Source of the DNA: Octopus sinensis
Taxonomy: Eukaryota
Direction: 5' to 3'
Assembly: GCF_006345805.1 (NCBI RefSeq)
Contig: NC_043005.1
Span: forward strand, 11,160,001-11,224,000
Length of the DNA stretch: 64,000 nt
Notes under the pieces: model-generated
Told to the model about the DNA's origin: nothing
The model's database searches: none
The model's input: only the letters and a program-made list of their open reading frames with translations
Shown: in pieces, positions 39,047-52,320 of the stretch
Layout of the letters: each line of letters opens with the position of its first letter
Position numbering within the stretch: position 1 is the first letter of the stretch
Made by a program: the position numbers and the translations under genes

Positions 39047-39653
39047 ATCACAATCAAGGAATGGCCATAATAGGCCATTCACCCACTAGAAATAACAGCC
39101 CAAACAGCCAAAGCTTCAACCGCAAAATAACATCAATTCCGCAAACCAGGAGAAAATTAAAAAAAACATTTACCCTGTAATTTCTTATTTCTTAATTTTT
39201 TCCCACTAGGCCGCTGGTGGCAAATAAATTCTACGAAATTTTTTGCCACCCTATATTGATTAATTATGAATTTTCTGGTTAATTCCGTAATGGAATCGGC
39301 GGCTTATATTTGCTGCCGATAAATTTGGCGCGAGTGCGATGATTTGAAAATTTTAGGTCAGATATTGCCGAGGCAGGGATAGAGATGCCTCGTGATAATA
39401 TCTGCTCGGATCTTGGCTGTTTCTTACTGACGAATCTATCGGCCTATGGAAGATTGGCTTGATTTAATTTAATCAGGTTAGTTTACCATTAAACAATAGA
39501 TGAAACGGTGCATCGTATAAGAAATTACAGGGTAAATGTTTTTTTTAATTTTCTCCTGGTTTGCGGAATTGATGTTATTTTGCGGTTGAAGCTTTGGCTG
39601 TTTTAGCTGTTATTTCTAGTGGGTGAATGGCCTATTATGGCCATTCCTTGATT

Positions 39654-39658
<5 letters not shown>
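39047..39658 (+). mobile_element. Hammerhead-bearing fold-back element (retrozyme/Penelope pLTR-like)
   Basis: 142-bp inverted arms 39047-39188 and 39517-39658; hammerhead between them; ends in (TA)n. Confidence 0.8.
39420..39524 (+). ncRNA. Type I hammerhead ribozyme with long stem II insertion, apparently intact
   Basis: Stem I TTTCTTA/TAAGAAA; CTGACGA; stem II ATCTAT/ATAGAT; GAAA; stem III ACGGTGCATCGT; GUA triplet, cleavage after 39517. Confidence 0.8.
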
Positions 39659-39684
<26 letters not shown>

Positions 39685-39721
39685 CCATCCATCCATCCAT
39701 CCATCCATCCATCATCCATCC

Positions 39722-39791
<70 letters not shown>

Positions 39792-40288
39792 GCATATATA
39801 TATAATGTTCGCATGTACACACATTCTACGAGTACATCTCTACAGATATATAATTAAAGATAAGACAAAGAAGGGGGAAGGTGAATATTAAAGGAAACAA
39901 GCTTTATCTGCAGAATATCTACATGAAAATAGACAAAAAAAATATTAAGACAAGAGAAAGAGAAAAATGAGGGTAAAGATTAATCGTTATCTTTTGGAAC
40001 GAAGTGGAGGGAAATTCTGCTAGTCTTTGATAACAGATCTCAATTCCAAAATAATCTATCTTTCTTCCAGCTTCACCTGTCCACCAAATGCCACCTACAC
40101 AAACGCAGTACATTTTAGTCACTTATTTCTTTTAAATATATTATATATTGTTGAATTTTCGCGATAAATCTTCAAACTATAATTAATATTTTTGTTGTTG
40201 GCTTGCCTTATTTATTATGCCCAATTATACTTGCCTATCTATGTAAATATGTGTTAAGGATGTATTTGTTATGTATCTATCTATCTAT

Positions 40289-40341
<53 letters not shown>

Positions 40342-40615
40342 TTATCTATCTGTCTGTCTATATATCTGCCTGTCTGTTTGTCTAACTATGCATACATATA
40401 TATTTATTTATGCATACATAAAGATATATACGCATATATATGTGTATGTATACCCACACAAACCTATATATCAGCTGCGAATGATCCGTATATCTTGTCT
40501 TTTGTCCTGTTTATAGTTTGTTAAGTTAACGCCTATTTTCTCCGCTTGTTGTGTTTTGTCGGATTTCCGCTTGTTGTGTTCCTTCTGTCCTACCCTTGAA
40601 TTATATATATATATA

Positions 40616-41844
40616 TATCTTGATTTCAGTAAAGCGTTCCTACTCTCAAAATTGGCAAATGTCGGAATCCGTGGAAAAGTTCTACACTGGATTAAGTATT
40701 TCCTGGCGAATAGAACACAACATGTTGTAATTGATGGAGTCCACTCAAGCCCAGCAAAAGTCACCAGCGGTGTCCCCTAGGGGAGTGTCTTGGGTCCGCT
40801 ACTCTTCATAATTTACATAAACGACCTTTCCAGTGTCGTACATTACTGCAAAGTGAAAATATTTGCTGATGACACTAAGCTCCAGCAAATCGTCAATGAA
40901 GAAGAAGACCGAAATCAACTCCAGTCTGATCTATATGCCGTGAGTTAACGGGCAGACAGAAACAAAATGCAACTGAATGAGGGAAAATTTGAGCTGATGC
41001 ATTTTGGAAGAAACTCCTCACTAAAACAGCCATACTCTCTTCCTTCAGGGGAACCGCTCACAGCCTCTAACAATATCAGAGACCTGGGTGTAATTGTTGA
41101 TGACGATCTCAGTTGGAGTGCACACATCAACAAGAAGGTCGATATAGCTCGTAGGATAAGTTCCTGGATCTTAAGAACTTTCCGGTCCAGAGAACAAGGT
41201 GTCATCATACCACTTTTCTCCTCCTTTGTACGGCCACACCTCGAATACTGCTGCCCACTGTGGTCTCCCCATACAAGAGAAAACATCTCGAGGATTGAGT
41301 CACTCCAGAGGGCATTCACTAAACGAATTGAAGGCATGGCTGCTCTCGATTATTGGGATCGCCTTAAAGCCTTGAAACTTTACTCTCTCCAGCGTCGCAG
41401 TGAGCGGTACATCATTTGTACGATGTGGAGAATATACCGCCAACTTTGCCCAAACGACCTGAACATTAGCTTCAAGGTTCATCCAAGACTGGGACCACGG
41501 GCCATACATCCCCTGCCCAATTCAAGATCACAGCATACATGTACACTGCAACATAATTTCTTTTCCTCAACAGGCCCTGCCCTATCTAACATTGTCCTGA
41601 AAGAGATCACAGAGGAAAAGGATCCCATCAACTTTAAACGGAGTCTGGATAGATTCCTTCAAAGACTACCAGATAAGCCACCCATAATTGTATACAACTC
41701 ACCCAACAAAAACTCACTACTTGAATGGACCATAAACAAAACTTGACTTAAACAGGATTCGAATAATCCTATCAGGTGGTGCTATTATGTTAGACATGGC
41801 CTGGACCAATCTTTGGTCGAAACATATCTAAGTTTATCTAAGTT

Positions 41845-41846
<2 letters not shown>
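40616..41846 (+). mobile_element. 5'-truncated CR1/L2-group LINE (RT domain, C-terminus, 3' UTR), pseudogenised
   Basis: YLDFSKAF, GVP*GSVLGPLLF, IFADDTK, RDLGV, RPHLEYC..WSP; stops at about 40778 and 40946; (ATCTAAGTTT) tail repeats. Confidence 0.95.
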
Positions 41847-41875
<29 letters not shown>

Positions 41876-42002
41876 TATACATCGGTATAATAATATGTGA
41901 CAATTATACAATAGCCAAGATAAAACTGTAAGTTTCGGATGCCGAGGTGGAAATCCACAACACCATCTCTTCTGTTATCGCTTGTAATTATGTCAGTGTA
42001 TG

Positions 42003-42035
<33 letters not shown>

Positions 42036-42086
42036 GTATACATACATATATACATACGCTGACATAATTACAAACGCGAAACACGC

Positions 42087-42535
42087 ATTTTAGAAGTTAT
42101 TCAGTGTCAAAGTTGTCGTATTTAAGTAAGTTTACGTAATCAAAGACGAGTATTCAGCTGAAGAAACCTACTGCTATTTGCGATAGTAATCGAAGAGCAA
42201 GAACCTCCGGGTCATATTTACTAATAAATGCATTTTTCAACCACATGTGGATTATTCGGTTGGCTTACGTGTAGCTATTTTTGTTTACTTCTTGTGACTC
42301 TTTTAACCTCTCGGTTCAATTTTAGTTTTGTTTACTGCTGTGTTGCATATTACACGCGTTTTGTCGTTTTTGCTTAATCTACGCATGGTTGAAAAATACA
42401 ATTAGTAGAGATGTCCCGGAAGTTGTTGCTCTTCAATTACTATCACACACAGCAGTAGGTTTCTTCAGCTGAGTACACGTCGTTGTTGGTTAAAATTATT
42501 CAAATACAACTTTAACACGAAATAACTTCTAAAAT
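42087..42535. mobile_element. Old fold-back/MITE-like inverted repeat
   Basis: Diverged ~150-bp arms, about 42087-42247 and 42384-42535. Confidence 0.65.
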
Positions 42536-42669
42536 ACAAAATTTTATCAAAAATGTTGAAAGTAAACCGTGTTCAGTGTGAGGAATTACATCAATATACG
42601 AAGTTTCAAGCTGTTTGGTTTTAAAAAATAATTAAAAATCTGTGAGCCAAACTGAAGAGATCCCATATG

Positions 42670-42858
42670 TATATTCTTTTATTCTTTTACATCTTTTAGT
42701 CATTTGGTTGCGGCCATGCTGGAGCACCGCCTTTAGTCGAACAAATCAACCCCCGGACTTATTCTTGATAATCCTAGTACTTATTCTATCGGTCTCTTTT
42801 CCCGGGGATGTAAACAAACCAGCATCGGTTGTCAAGCGATGGTGGGGGGACAAACGCA

Positions 42859-42911
<53 letters not shown>

Positions 42912-42945
42912 ACACACACGACGGAGTTCTTTCAGTTTCCGGGAT
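42670..42945 (-). mobile_element. SINE family B, 3' half with deletions
   Basis: Family motifs. Confidence 0.8.
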
Positions 42946-44037
42946 CTAGTCAGTCTCATTCGCAAAATGAGCCCCCTTTAATTTTGTTCAGATTGCTTTC
43001 AATTTTGGTGCATCGATGCAACTCTGAATCTCATAAATTAAAGAATCTGATGTTATTTGGAATTAATGTTAGGAAATTTAGGCAATTTTAGCCAATCAAA
43101 AGACAGCGCGGCATTGGCAGCTTGTTAACATAAGAACCGCACGCTGTGTGGTGTTTCACTTCACCCGTGTCTTTGCCGCACGTAAACAATAGCGTGAAAC
43201 GCCTACTTTGTGACTTGGATGTTAAGTCACTGCAAATATAGCAAAAGCTGTTTAAGATATTTATACAGTTTCTTCGTATTATAAAGGTGAATGGACAGTA
43301 TTCTAAACCTTCAGGGACTCGTTGACTCAGATAGCTGGATTTATGATTTCACTAGGTTAATTATATTCACAAACATTTAAATAATGAGCTTTCTTATACC
43401 GTTAGTTTCACATTTCTTTTTCTTGGGACAAATTATTTGTTGACCAGTGTTATTCTTATCGTAGTTTACAAATCCAAGCATGAAAACGTTACTCAACTTT
43501 TGAGCTTTGGAGAGACGTACATAAATGTACATATAAACTTATATATGAATTCAGATATCTACATGCGCTTATATATTAATGATGTACACAAATACATGAC
43601 AGGTGTACATAATACTGAAATATTCATAAAGTAAACAAATGCAGACAAATATAGTAATATGACAAATTAAAAAGATAATGAAAACATACAATCAATGAAG
43701 AGATAAGAAACAGTAAGATAATACATGTTGATCTTATTAGGTATTTCTGTTTATTTAGAAACCTACAATGAACAGGTCATTTTATAGGCACTAAACTATA
43801 AATTTCGCAGGGTACAACATATTAAAGTTGACAACGCCCCGCTAAACACATGGAATTTATGTCTCGCTATTGGCTACAAAAACACAGTTTTTCCGATTTT
43901 TAAACCTCTGTAACTGTTCCTCCAATTTTTTCTCTCTACAATATCATACCTTCATAGCAATGAGACTGGAAGATTAAATTATTATAGCAGATTTTCAAAA
44001 TATTTACTTTCTTTTTTAAAAAATGCATATTTTGCGA

Positions 44038-44187
44038 ATCAGTTTCCGCCTACCAAGTCCACTCACAAGGCTTTGGTCGGCCTGTGGCTATAATAGAAGA
44101 CACTTGCCCAACGTGCCGCACAGTGGAACTGAAACCGGAACCGTGTGGTTGGGAAGCAAGCTTCTTACCTTACAGCCACTCCTGCGC
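44038..44187 (-). mobile_element. SINE family B, 5' half
   Basis: Head plus CORE-like motif. Confidence 0.85.
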
Positions 44188-44206
44188 TATATTTGTGTAT
44201 ATGCAC

Positions 44207-44253
<47 letters not shown>

Positions 44254-44649
44254 TACACACACACATGAATATATATCTTTGTTTCTGTGAGTGTGCTACT
44301 GTGTGAACACTCCATCCCCAACACATAAACAGACATACAGACATGCACGCACACACGTACACACGTGTGCTTGTGAGGTCATATCTGTATGTATGAATAT
44401 AAATATACAAACATATTCACCATTTAATTAGGTCAGGCTTAGACAAAGAGGAAGTAGGGTTTAGAATATCTGCCTAAGATGAAGGTAGGATTCCATTACC
44501 ATGCTGGCATTGACCTAAAACTGCTCCCTGTCTTCAAGAACTACCTTCCTTTCAATATCTCATCAAACCACTCCCTGTAGGAGCCACACAGCCAATAATA
44601 TACTAAAATATAGACTACTCATATGTGTGTATGTATAATATATATATTT

Positions 44650-44740
44650 CTTTTCTTCTTTCTTTTCGTTTACTTGATTCAGTCATTTAACTGCAGCCAT
44701 GCTGGAGCAACGCGTCTAGTTGAACAAATCGACCCCAGGA
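44650..44740 (-). mobile_element. SINE family B tail fragment between ~42-bp direct repeats
   Basis: Repeats at 44592-44633 and 44741-44783. Confidence 0.75.
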
Positions 44741-44837
44741 CCAATAATATACTAAAATATATACTACTCAATATGTGTGTATGAATGTATATAAGTATGT
44801 ATGTATGTATGTATGTATGTATGTATGTATGTATGTA

Positions 44838-45280
44838 TGGCTGTGTGGTAAGTTAGCTTGTTTACCAACCACATGATTCCTGGTTCAGTCCCACTGCGTG
44901 GCACCTTGGGCAAGTGTCTTCTATTATAGCCTCGGATCGACCAAAGCCTTGTGAGTGGATTTGGTAGACGGTAACTGAAAGAAGCACGTCATATATATAT
45001 ATATGTATATGTGTGTGTGTGTATGTGTGTGTGTGTATGTGTCTGTGTGTGGGTGTATGTGTGTGTGTGTTTGCTTGTATCTGTTTATCCCCACCATCAC
45101 TTGACAACCGATGCTGCTGTGTTTACGTCCCCGTAACTTAGCGGTCAGGCAAAAAGTGACGGATAGAATAAGTACTAGGCTTACATTGAACAAGTCCTGG
45201 GGTCGATTTGTTCGACTAAACGCGTTACTCTAGCATGGCCGCAGTTAAATGACTGAAACAAATAAAAGAAAAGAAGGAAG
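44838..45280 (+). mobile_element. SINE family B
   Basis: Family motifs. Confidence 0.88.
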
Positions 45281-45452
45281 AAAAGAAATATATATATACA
45301 CACACACATAGATAGATATATACATACATACAAACATACATACATACATACATACATACATGCATACATACATACATACATACATACATACATACATACA
45401 TACATACATACATACATACATACATACATACATGCATACATACTTACGTACA

Positions 45453-45610
45453 TACGAAGGTGTGTCGAAAAGTTCCTGGTTTTAAAGATATCATGAAAAG
45501 CCTGGCTGGAGGCCCAACATTCTGAATACTTTTACAAGACTTAGAAAAACTGAAGGACCGCTGCAATAAGTGTGTACTGAAAAGATCCTGGATTGAATTA
45601 AAAGAAAATA
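45453..45610. mobile_element. Mariner-type MITE end
   Basis: TACGAAGGTGTGTCGAAAAGTTCCTGG resembles the TIR at 33257. Confidence 0.55.
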
Positions 45611-46068
45611 CAAGACGATATTCCCTGGACATGGATTCACTGAAGCTCCGGCGTCTGGCGATGGACTTGGTAAACACCCACAAAGTTATCAACCACTTCA
45701 CCAACAACAACACTGAACACATTTTTGATCTCCATGTGTCCAACACACGTGGACATGCCTACAAAGTCAGAAAACAGCACAGCTCCCATGACTTTCGGAA
45801 ACATTTTTTCACGCTCAGAGTTGCCTGCGTCAGTTGTTGACTGCCATGACACTGCATTCTTTAAGGCCCTCATGCTTTCCGAAATCCGCCGAAACTACAC
45901 CTGATTGTCCCCCTTCCATACTCATACACATATGTGTATGTCATGACTCATGCACTGTTCTTTTCCTAACACTTGTACATTACCCTATGTACTAAACATA
46001 CACTTTAGATGAGTTATAGTGCACCTGAGCACTGTACACAATGTTTTATTATTATTATTATTATGATT
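45611..46068 (+). mobile_element. CR1/L2-group LINE 3' end
   Basis: SLKLRRLAMDLVNTHKVI..NTRGHAYKVRK..RKHFFTLRV, then 3' UTR and (ATT)n tail. Confidence 0.85.
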
Positions 46069-46652
46069 TGTGCTGAGTGGGGTCGCTAAAATCCCTTGTT
46101 CGAAAATAACAGGACACAGATAGTGACATATAGCCAGCTGGAGACGATGTTTCCTGGGGCTAAATAACAGTATCATTCGTCCTAACCAAGAATGCTACAT
46201 TATGTTGGCAAACAATCTTTACTACAGGAAGATCAGTTTTATATATATATATATATATGATGGTGTGGGTGCTGGGAAGTGGTCTGTGCTAGTGTGTGCA
46301 GAGTGGTGTGGAGTGGTAGGATGTGGTGGTGAGGTGGTGTGTGGTGTTGGGGTGTGGAGATGTGAAGGTGGGGTGTGGTTTTGGTGTGAGGATGTGGGGG
46401 TAGGATGAGGAGTTGGGAGTAGAGGTATGGGTATGGATGGAGGGAGTATCAATGAAGAGAGAAGGTGGATAGGAGTGAGGAGAGGAAGTAGGTGTCAACT
46501 GAAGAGAGGAGTGGAGGGGTGTCAGCTGAATAGGGGCGTGGATCTGAGCGCATGTGGCGCAAAGGAACGAAGAGAGAAGATTAATTCCTGTTCACGTCGA
46601 AGGCGGGAGTCTGGATGGCCCCTGTGCAATATATATATATATATATATATAT

Positions 46653-46687
<35 letters not shown>

Positions 46688-47290
46688 AGGGCCAGGCCAT
46701 GTCTAACTTAAGCGCAAAACTTTTCGAAGGCATAGTCAGTCAAGGTCAATCGTAGCTCTTCTATTCAGTTGGTTAAATGCCTCGTCCATCTGTTGTTTGA
46801 ACTGTGTCTTATAGCTGTGCTATGAAGATTTTCTTTGCCTAATCTGGCAAAGAAATGTGAGTAGTCCTTGTCTTAATGTGATTTTGGCGGCGAATGTAAC
46901 TCTTCAGATCTGAAGATTGGTTCAGCAGTTTGCAGCACGCTTACTTATAGTTTTATGGATGTCCATTTCATCCAACTGTCGCGTCATGATAAAATCATAC
47001 ATGCATCAAAGTTTAACGAAACGGTACAGGTTTTGTATTCAGTTTCCTGTTTCAGTAGAGTATTTGTCACAACTAATTCGGACTAATTACAAAAGCACAA
47101 TAGCCTTCCTCTAGAGTTGCTGTTATCGACACCATATTTGAACATGATTACGGATCAATTCTTATATAGTCTTCCCCCATTTTTGTAGTGAATCCCCCTG
47201 TTAGTAGTTGTATGCAGTAGACGTTACTTAACGCATTTGCTAACCGGTTGTAGAGACGTTTATACATTCGCTGGTATTTGTTTTTTTACC

Positions 47291-47528
47291 AAGGCGGCGA
47301 GCTGGCAGAAACGTTAGCACGCCGGGCGAAATGCTTAGTGGTATTTCGTCCATCGTTACGTTGTGGAGTTTTCAAATTCACACCAAGGTCGACTTTGCCT
47401 TTCATCCTGTAGCGGGTCGATAAATTAAGTACCAGTTACGCACTGGGGTCGATGTAATCGACTTAATACCTATGTCTGTTCTTGTTTGTCCCCTCTATGT
47501 TTAGCCCCTTGTAGGTAATAAAGAAATA
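47291..47528 (+). mobile_element. SINE family A monomer
   Basis: TSD GGTATTTG(T)nACC at 47273-47290 and 47529-47544. Confidence 0.9.
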
Positions 47529-48526
47529 GGTATTTGTTTTTACCTGGGGTGTTTACACTGAATATTAGGGTTGCAGTTCCTTGTTAACGATAGTTTCAGT
47601 ATTATGATCCCCTTATTTAATGATATAGACATTTCTTTGAGTTTTTGTATAAAGCTCTTTTGTATGGCGAACCTATAAGGTGTTTCTTTTGCCAAGAACA
47701 GATCACGAGGAGTATAAATTATGGTCGAATATAATAGCTGACCGAAAGATGTTTCGGATTCCAAGCAAAAACACACCTTCATTGATACCACAAGTTACGT
47801 TTTCTTTTGGAATTTTCTCTTTAATCGTTGGCTCTGCCTAGAATCCACACCACAGATCAGTGTTGTAACCATGGAAAGCAGTAGAGTTTATATCCCAGAA
47901 GCATTATATTCCCGCATAACTCCGGGCTAAACATCAGTAACAAACATCACCACCACCACCACCACCACTAGCGATATCGTCAATAACGTCAATAACAACA
48001 ACAACAACAAAATTATTCTATAGTGAGATTTTCAATTAGAATTTGCCTTCAATCCCACTCTTCGCCATTCCTTTTGTCTCTCCGTTCGCTCGCCATTTGC
48101 TACTAATTTCCAACCTGTTGATTGGAAGCAAGATCGAAAACAATATTTATACGATCTCTGGCATAAATATGCAATTCTGTCAAAGCTAATTTGTTTTCAT
48201 TCTGTCCCTGTTTCACTGAATAAATATCATTCAGTTTAAAGATTTATGTACTGCTCTCTTTCTTTCATTCTTTCTCTCTCTCTCTCTCTCCTCCACCCCA
48301 CCCCTCTCTCTCTCTCTCTGTCGCACGTACACATACATAAATGCACACACATCACTTTTATGTAACAGTTCCTTTTATCTTATCTGGCCACTACCGTCAT
48401 TCCCATCTAATATCTCATTCCATACTTTGTTTTAACGCTCGCTTTATTGATTATTCATCTAGTTACTAATGTCTGACTGGCTGGAATTTCTTGATCATTC
48501 ATATGCACACACTTATACATATGTGC

Positions 48527-48589
<63 letters not shown>

Positions 48590-48779
48590 ATGTCTATTAG
48601 TCTGTATGTATGAATGTATGCATGCACGTGTCTATGTATGTATCTGTGTGCATTCGTATCTATGCGTGAATGTATGTCTGCATGTACGCAGTTTTTCATT
48701 TGGTTTGGTTTGGTCTGGTGAAAGAATCCGAGATTGACGTGGTTAATATTCCTTTGAATATTTTATGAGTTGATTGCTG

Positions 48780-48990
48780 CAGGGAAAATATGACCACGGA
48801 AAGAATTCCAACAGATTGATATTCGAAAAAGAAAGGACGATTAGGCGAAGTGCTTAGGGCTGGGCTTGGGACTTTGCACGCACACTCTCTGTCAAACAAT
48901 TACCAACACCAGCTCAGATGGCCCGAACACTTAATGGAAATGTCTGACTCACATATTTCTCGTAGATACCTTCATCGCCAACTCCTCCAC
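48780..48990 (+). mobile_element. Decayed RTE-type LINE fragment
   Basis: LRAGL..HQLRWPEHLMEMSDSHISR resembles the RTE motif QLRWAGHVxRMxDxRxPK. Confidence 0.5.
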
Positions 48991-49205
48991 GATATACATT
49001 TGCTTCAACAGTTTGGCTCAAAATCGCTTTTCTTCATATTTCACAGTGGTGAGAAACTTGATGTAGACTATGAAAATATACCGGAAATTTTTTTTGGCTG
49101 CTGTTGTATTTCTTATGTAAATTCCTGAAGAAGTCTAATGGTTTGCAGGCCAAGTCATCATCGTGTTCTGTTTATAAAATGTACATTCAGACGATCATAA
49201 TCTGT

Positions 49206-49409
49206 TTACTCTTTACTCTTTTACTTGTTTCAGTCATTTGACTGCGGCCATGCTGGAGCACCGCCTTTAGTCGAGCAAATCGACCCCGGGACTTATTCTT
49301 GTAAGCCAAGCAGTACTTATTCTATCAGTTGTCAAGCAATGCTAGGGGGACAAACACAACACAAACACACCACACATACACACACAAACACACACACACC
49401 ACACAACAC

Positions 49410-49446
<37 letters not shown>

Positions 49447-49556
49447 GACAGGCTTCTTTCAGTTCCGTCTAAAATCCACTCACAAGGCATTGGTCGGCCC
49501 GGGGCTATAGCAGAAGACACTTGCCCAAGATGCCACGCAGTGGGACTGAACCCGGA
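49206..49556 (-). mobile_element. SINE family B, internally deleted and 5'-truncated
   Basis: Family motifs. Confidence 0.85.
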
Positions 49557-50465
49557 CGTTTCTTATATCATGTTTCTTATATTTTTGTTAAGAACAGAAT
49601 TTCGTACTTACCCGTGTGGAAGATGTCAGTCGCGGGTATTGACAAAAAAAAAATCCAAGATTTAGGTAGTATTATATCAACAGACCGTTTTGCTTGAGGA
49701 AGCTTCCATGAATTAATGGACTGAATAATAGAGTACGTTAATTGATTGACATAATACGGCAACGAACTAATATAGAATATGTTTAAAATATTCAACCAAA
49801 TACGTATGATTGTGAATGTATACATAGTGATATATAGTTAGTTAAAACAAGCCTGCTGCCAGAACCAATGAAAAAATTTAAGTACTGTTAGCATGCATTA
49901 AACCTTTCACACGGCGACATGCATATATTATAAATCACTTTGTTTCTTTTTGTTAGTATACTTTTGTTTCACGCTTTATTCCATTCCTTTCAAACAGTCG
50001 GCATTATGAGTCAATAAATTCTACTGTTCATATATTCATACGATGTGAAAGTGGTTTAACGTGCACATAACACTTCCTATAGCACTTATAACACAATACA
50101 ACTGGCGAACCATTTTACGTTTGCATGTGTACTGTGTAGTTCTATACGTGTGAGCAAACATTATATATAGCCAAACATTATCTATTTGATCTATTCATAT
50201 AATTGCAAGCAGTAAGTCAATAAGTACATCTAAACATATGCAGTCACTGTGCCCACTGAACAGGCAGGAACTGCAGCCCTATAAGAGATATTCAGACAGA
50301 CAGCTTGAAAGACAAATTAATCGTGAACAGCTGCATATGTAGTTGGTGAACGATCTGTCAACGTTTGTACTTTTGATAGAGTAAATAGCACTCTACACAT
50401 ATATGTTGTATATAAAGCATTGTTAATTATAAGCCATATCATTTATCTATAGTTATAACTGGACA

Positions 50466-50757
50466 AGGTGCAGGAGTGGCTGTGTGGTAAGTAGCTTGCT
50501 AACCAACCACATGGTTCCGGGTTCAGTCCCACTGCGTGGCACCTTGGGCAAGTGTCTTCTGCTATAGCCCCGGGCCGACCAATGTTTTGTGAGTGGATTT
50601 GGTAGACGGAAACTGAAAGAAGCCTGTCGTATATATGTATATATGTGTGTGTGTGTGTTTGTGTGTCTGTGTTTGTCGAGTTGCTCGATTAAAGGCGGTG
50701 CTCCAGCATGGCCGCAGTCAAATGACTGAAACAAGTAAAAGAGTAAAAGAGTAAAGT
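50466..50757 (+). mobile_element. SINE family B, internally deleted
   Basis: Family motifs. Confidence 0.88.
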
Positions 50758-51071
50758 ATCACGTTTTACAACGTTTGATTCGTAACAATTTAATCTTTAT
50801 GATTAATTTTACTTTTAATGTATATAATGAAAATATTTCTTGCCACCCCCATTCTACATGTCCCCACGTGCAGCTCTACACTGCCTAAAATGTATCAAAA
50901 GCATTCCCAACAGTAACAGTAATCCTAACAGGGGGTCACCTTAGCTCCTTTTCATTTTGTAATATAGGTATATATGTAACAGCTAATATGTTTACGCACA
51001 TCACAACGAGCAAATACAACTCGTACATATTTACTCACAAATGCATAATAAATGTGTAAACGAGTAATGAT

Positions 51072-51479
51072 TATTTACTCTTTTACTCTTTTACTTGTTT
51101 CAGTCATTTGACTGCGGCCATGCTGGAGCACCGCCTTTTTTTTAATCGAGCAACTCGACCCCGGGACTTATTCTTTTGTAAGCCCAGTACTTATTCTATC
51201 GGTCTCTTTTGCCGAACCGCTAAGTAACGGGGACATAAACACACCAGCATCGGTTGTCAAACAATGCTAGGGGGACAAACACAGATACACAAACACACAC
51301 ACGCATATATATATATATATACATATATAGGACGGGCTTCTTTCAGTTTCCGTCTACCAAATCCACTCACAAGGCATTGGTCGGCCCGAGGCTATAGTAG
51401 AAGGTGCCACGCAGTGGGACTGAACCCGGAACCATGTGGTTGGTAAACAAGCTACTTACCAGACAGCCACTCCTGCGCC
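51072..51479 (-). mobile_element. SINE family B
   Basis: Family motifs. Confidence 0.9.
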
Positions 51480-51930
51480 TTTATATGCAAATGTGAAATA
51501 TATCAAAATGTGAGATTTACAATGGTATTTTGAAATGGTACATGTCTCTGAAAATTCCATCAGTTTCTTATCAGTTATTGGTGGCCTTTTTATCATAAGG
51601 CTTAGGCAAGTTCTTTAGTTTTTCTCCGTCAAACGAACACCTAACAATATAAGGAACCTTGTCTAACATATAATATATCTAACATATGACTTACCTAATT
51701 TCTAACATATAATGAACCTTATGACTAGGAAAACATACACAAGAACGTTTGAAAAATAAGGGAGAAAAGACCAAAATATGAACAATTTGCAGATATTTCT
51801 GTTTAGCTAGAGTGAGCATCGGTGTAAGATCTAGTTCAATCAAATTATTTATCAGAAAAGGGTTGGGTGCTACAGTAAATTTCTTGGGTGTTGACAGAGT
51901 AATAAACACCCAAGCAGTACACCGGAATTC

Positions 51931-52320
51931 TGATGGAAGCACTTCGTCGGTTACGACGATGAGGGTTCCAGTTGATCCGAATCAACGGAACAGCCTGCTC
52001 GTGAAATTAACGTGTAAGTGGCTGAGCACTCCACAGACACGTGTACCCTTAACGTAGTTCTCGGGGATATTCAGCGTGACACAGACAGTGACAAGGCCGG
52101 TCCTTTGAAATACAGGTACAACAGAAACAGGAAGTAAGAGTGAGAAAAAGTTGTGGTGAAAGAGTACAGCAGGGATCACCACCACCCCCTGCCGGAGCCT
52201 CGTGTAGCTTTTAGGTGTTTTCGCTCAATAAACACTCACAATGCCCGGTCTGGGAATCGAAACCGCGATCCTATGACTGCGAGTCCGCTGCCCTAACCAC
52301 TGGGCCATTGCGCCTCCACG
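51931..52320 (-). mobile_element. SINE family C, full length
   Basis: 11-bp TSD CACCGGAATTC. Confidence 0.92.

Noticed and set aside
42158-42200. CTGAAGA inside the 42-kb fold-back; also CTGANGA at about 32116, 49126, 55210 and 57205
   Set aside because: No correctly placed stem II plus GAAA plus stem I, so not hammerheads.
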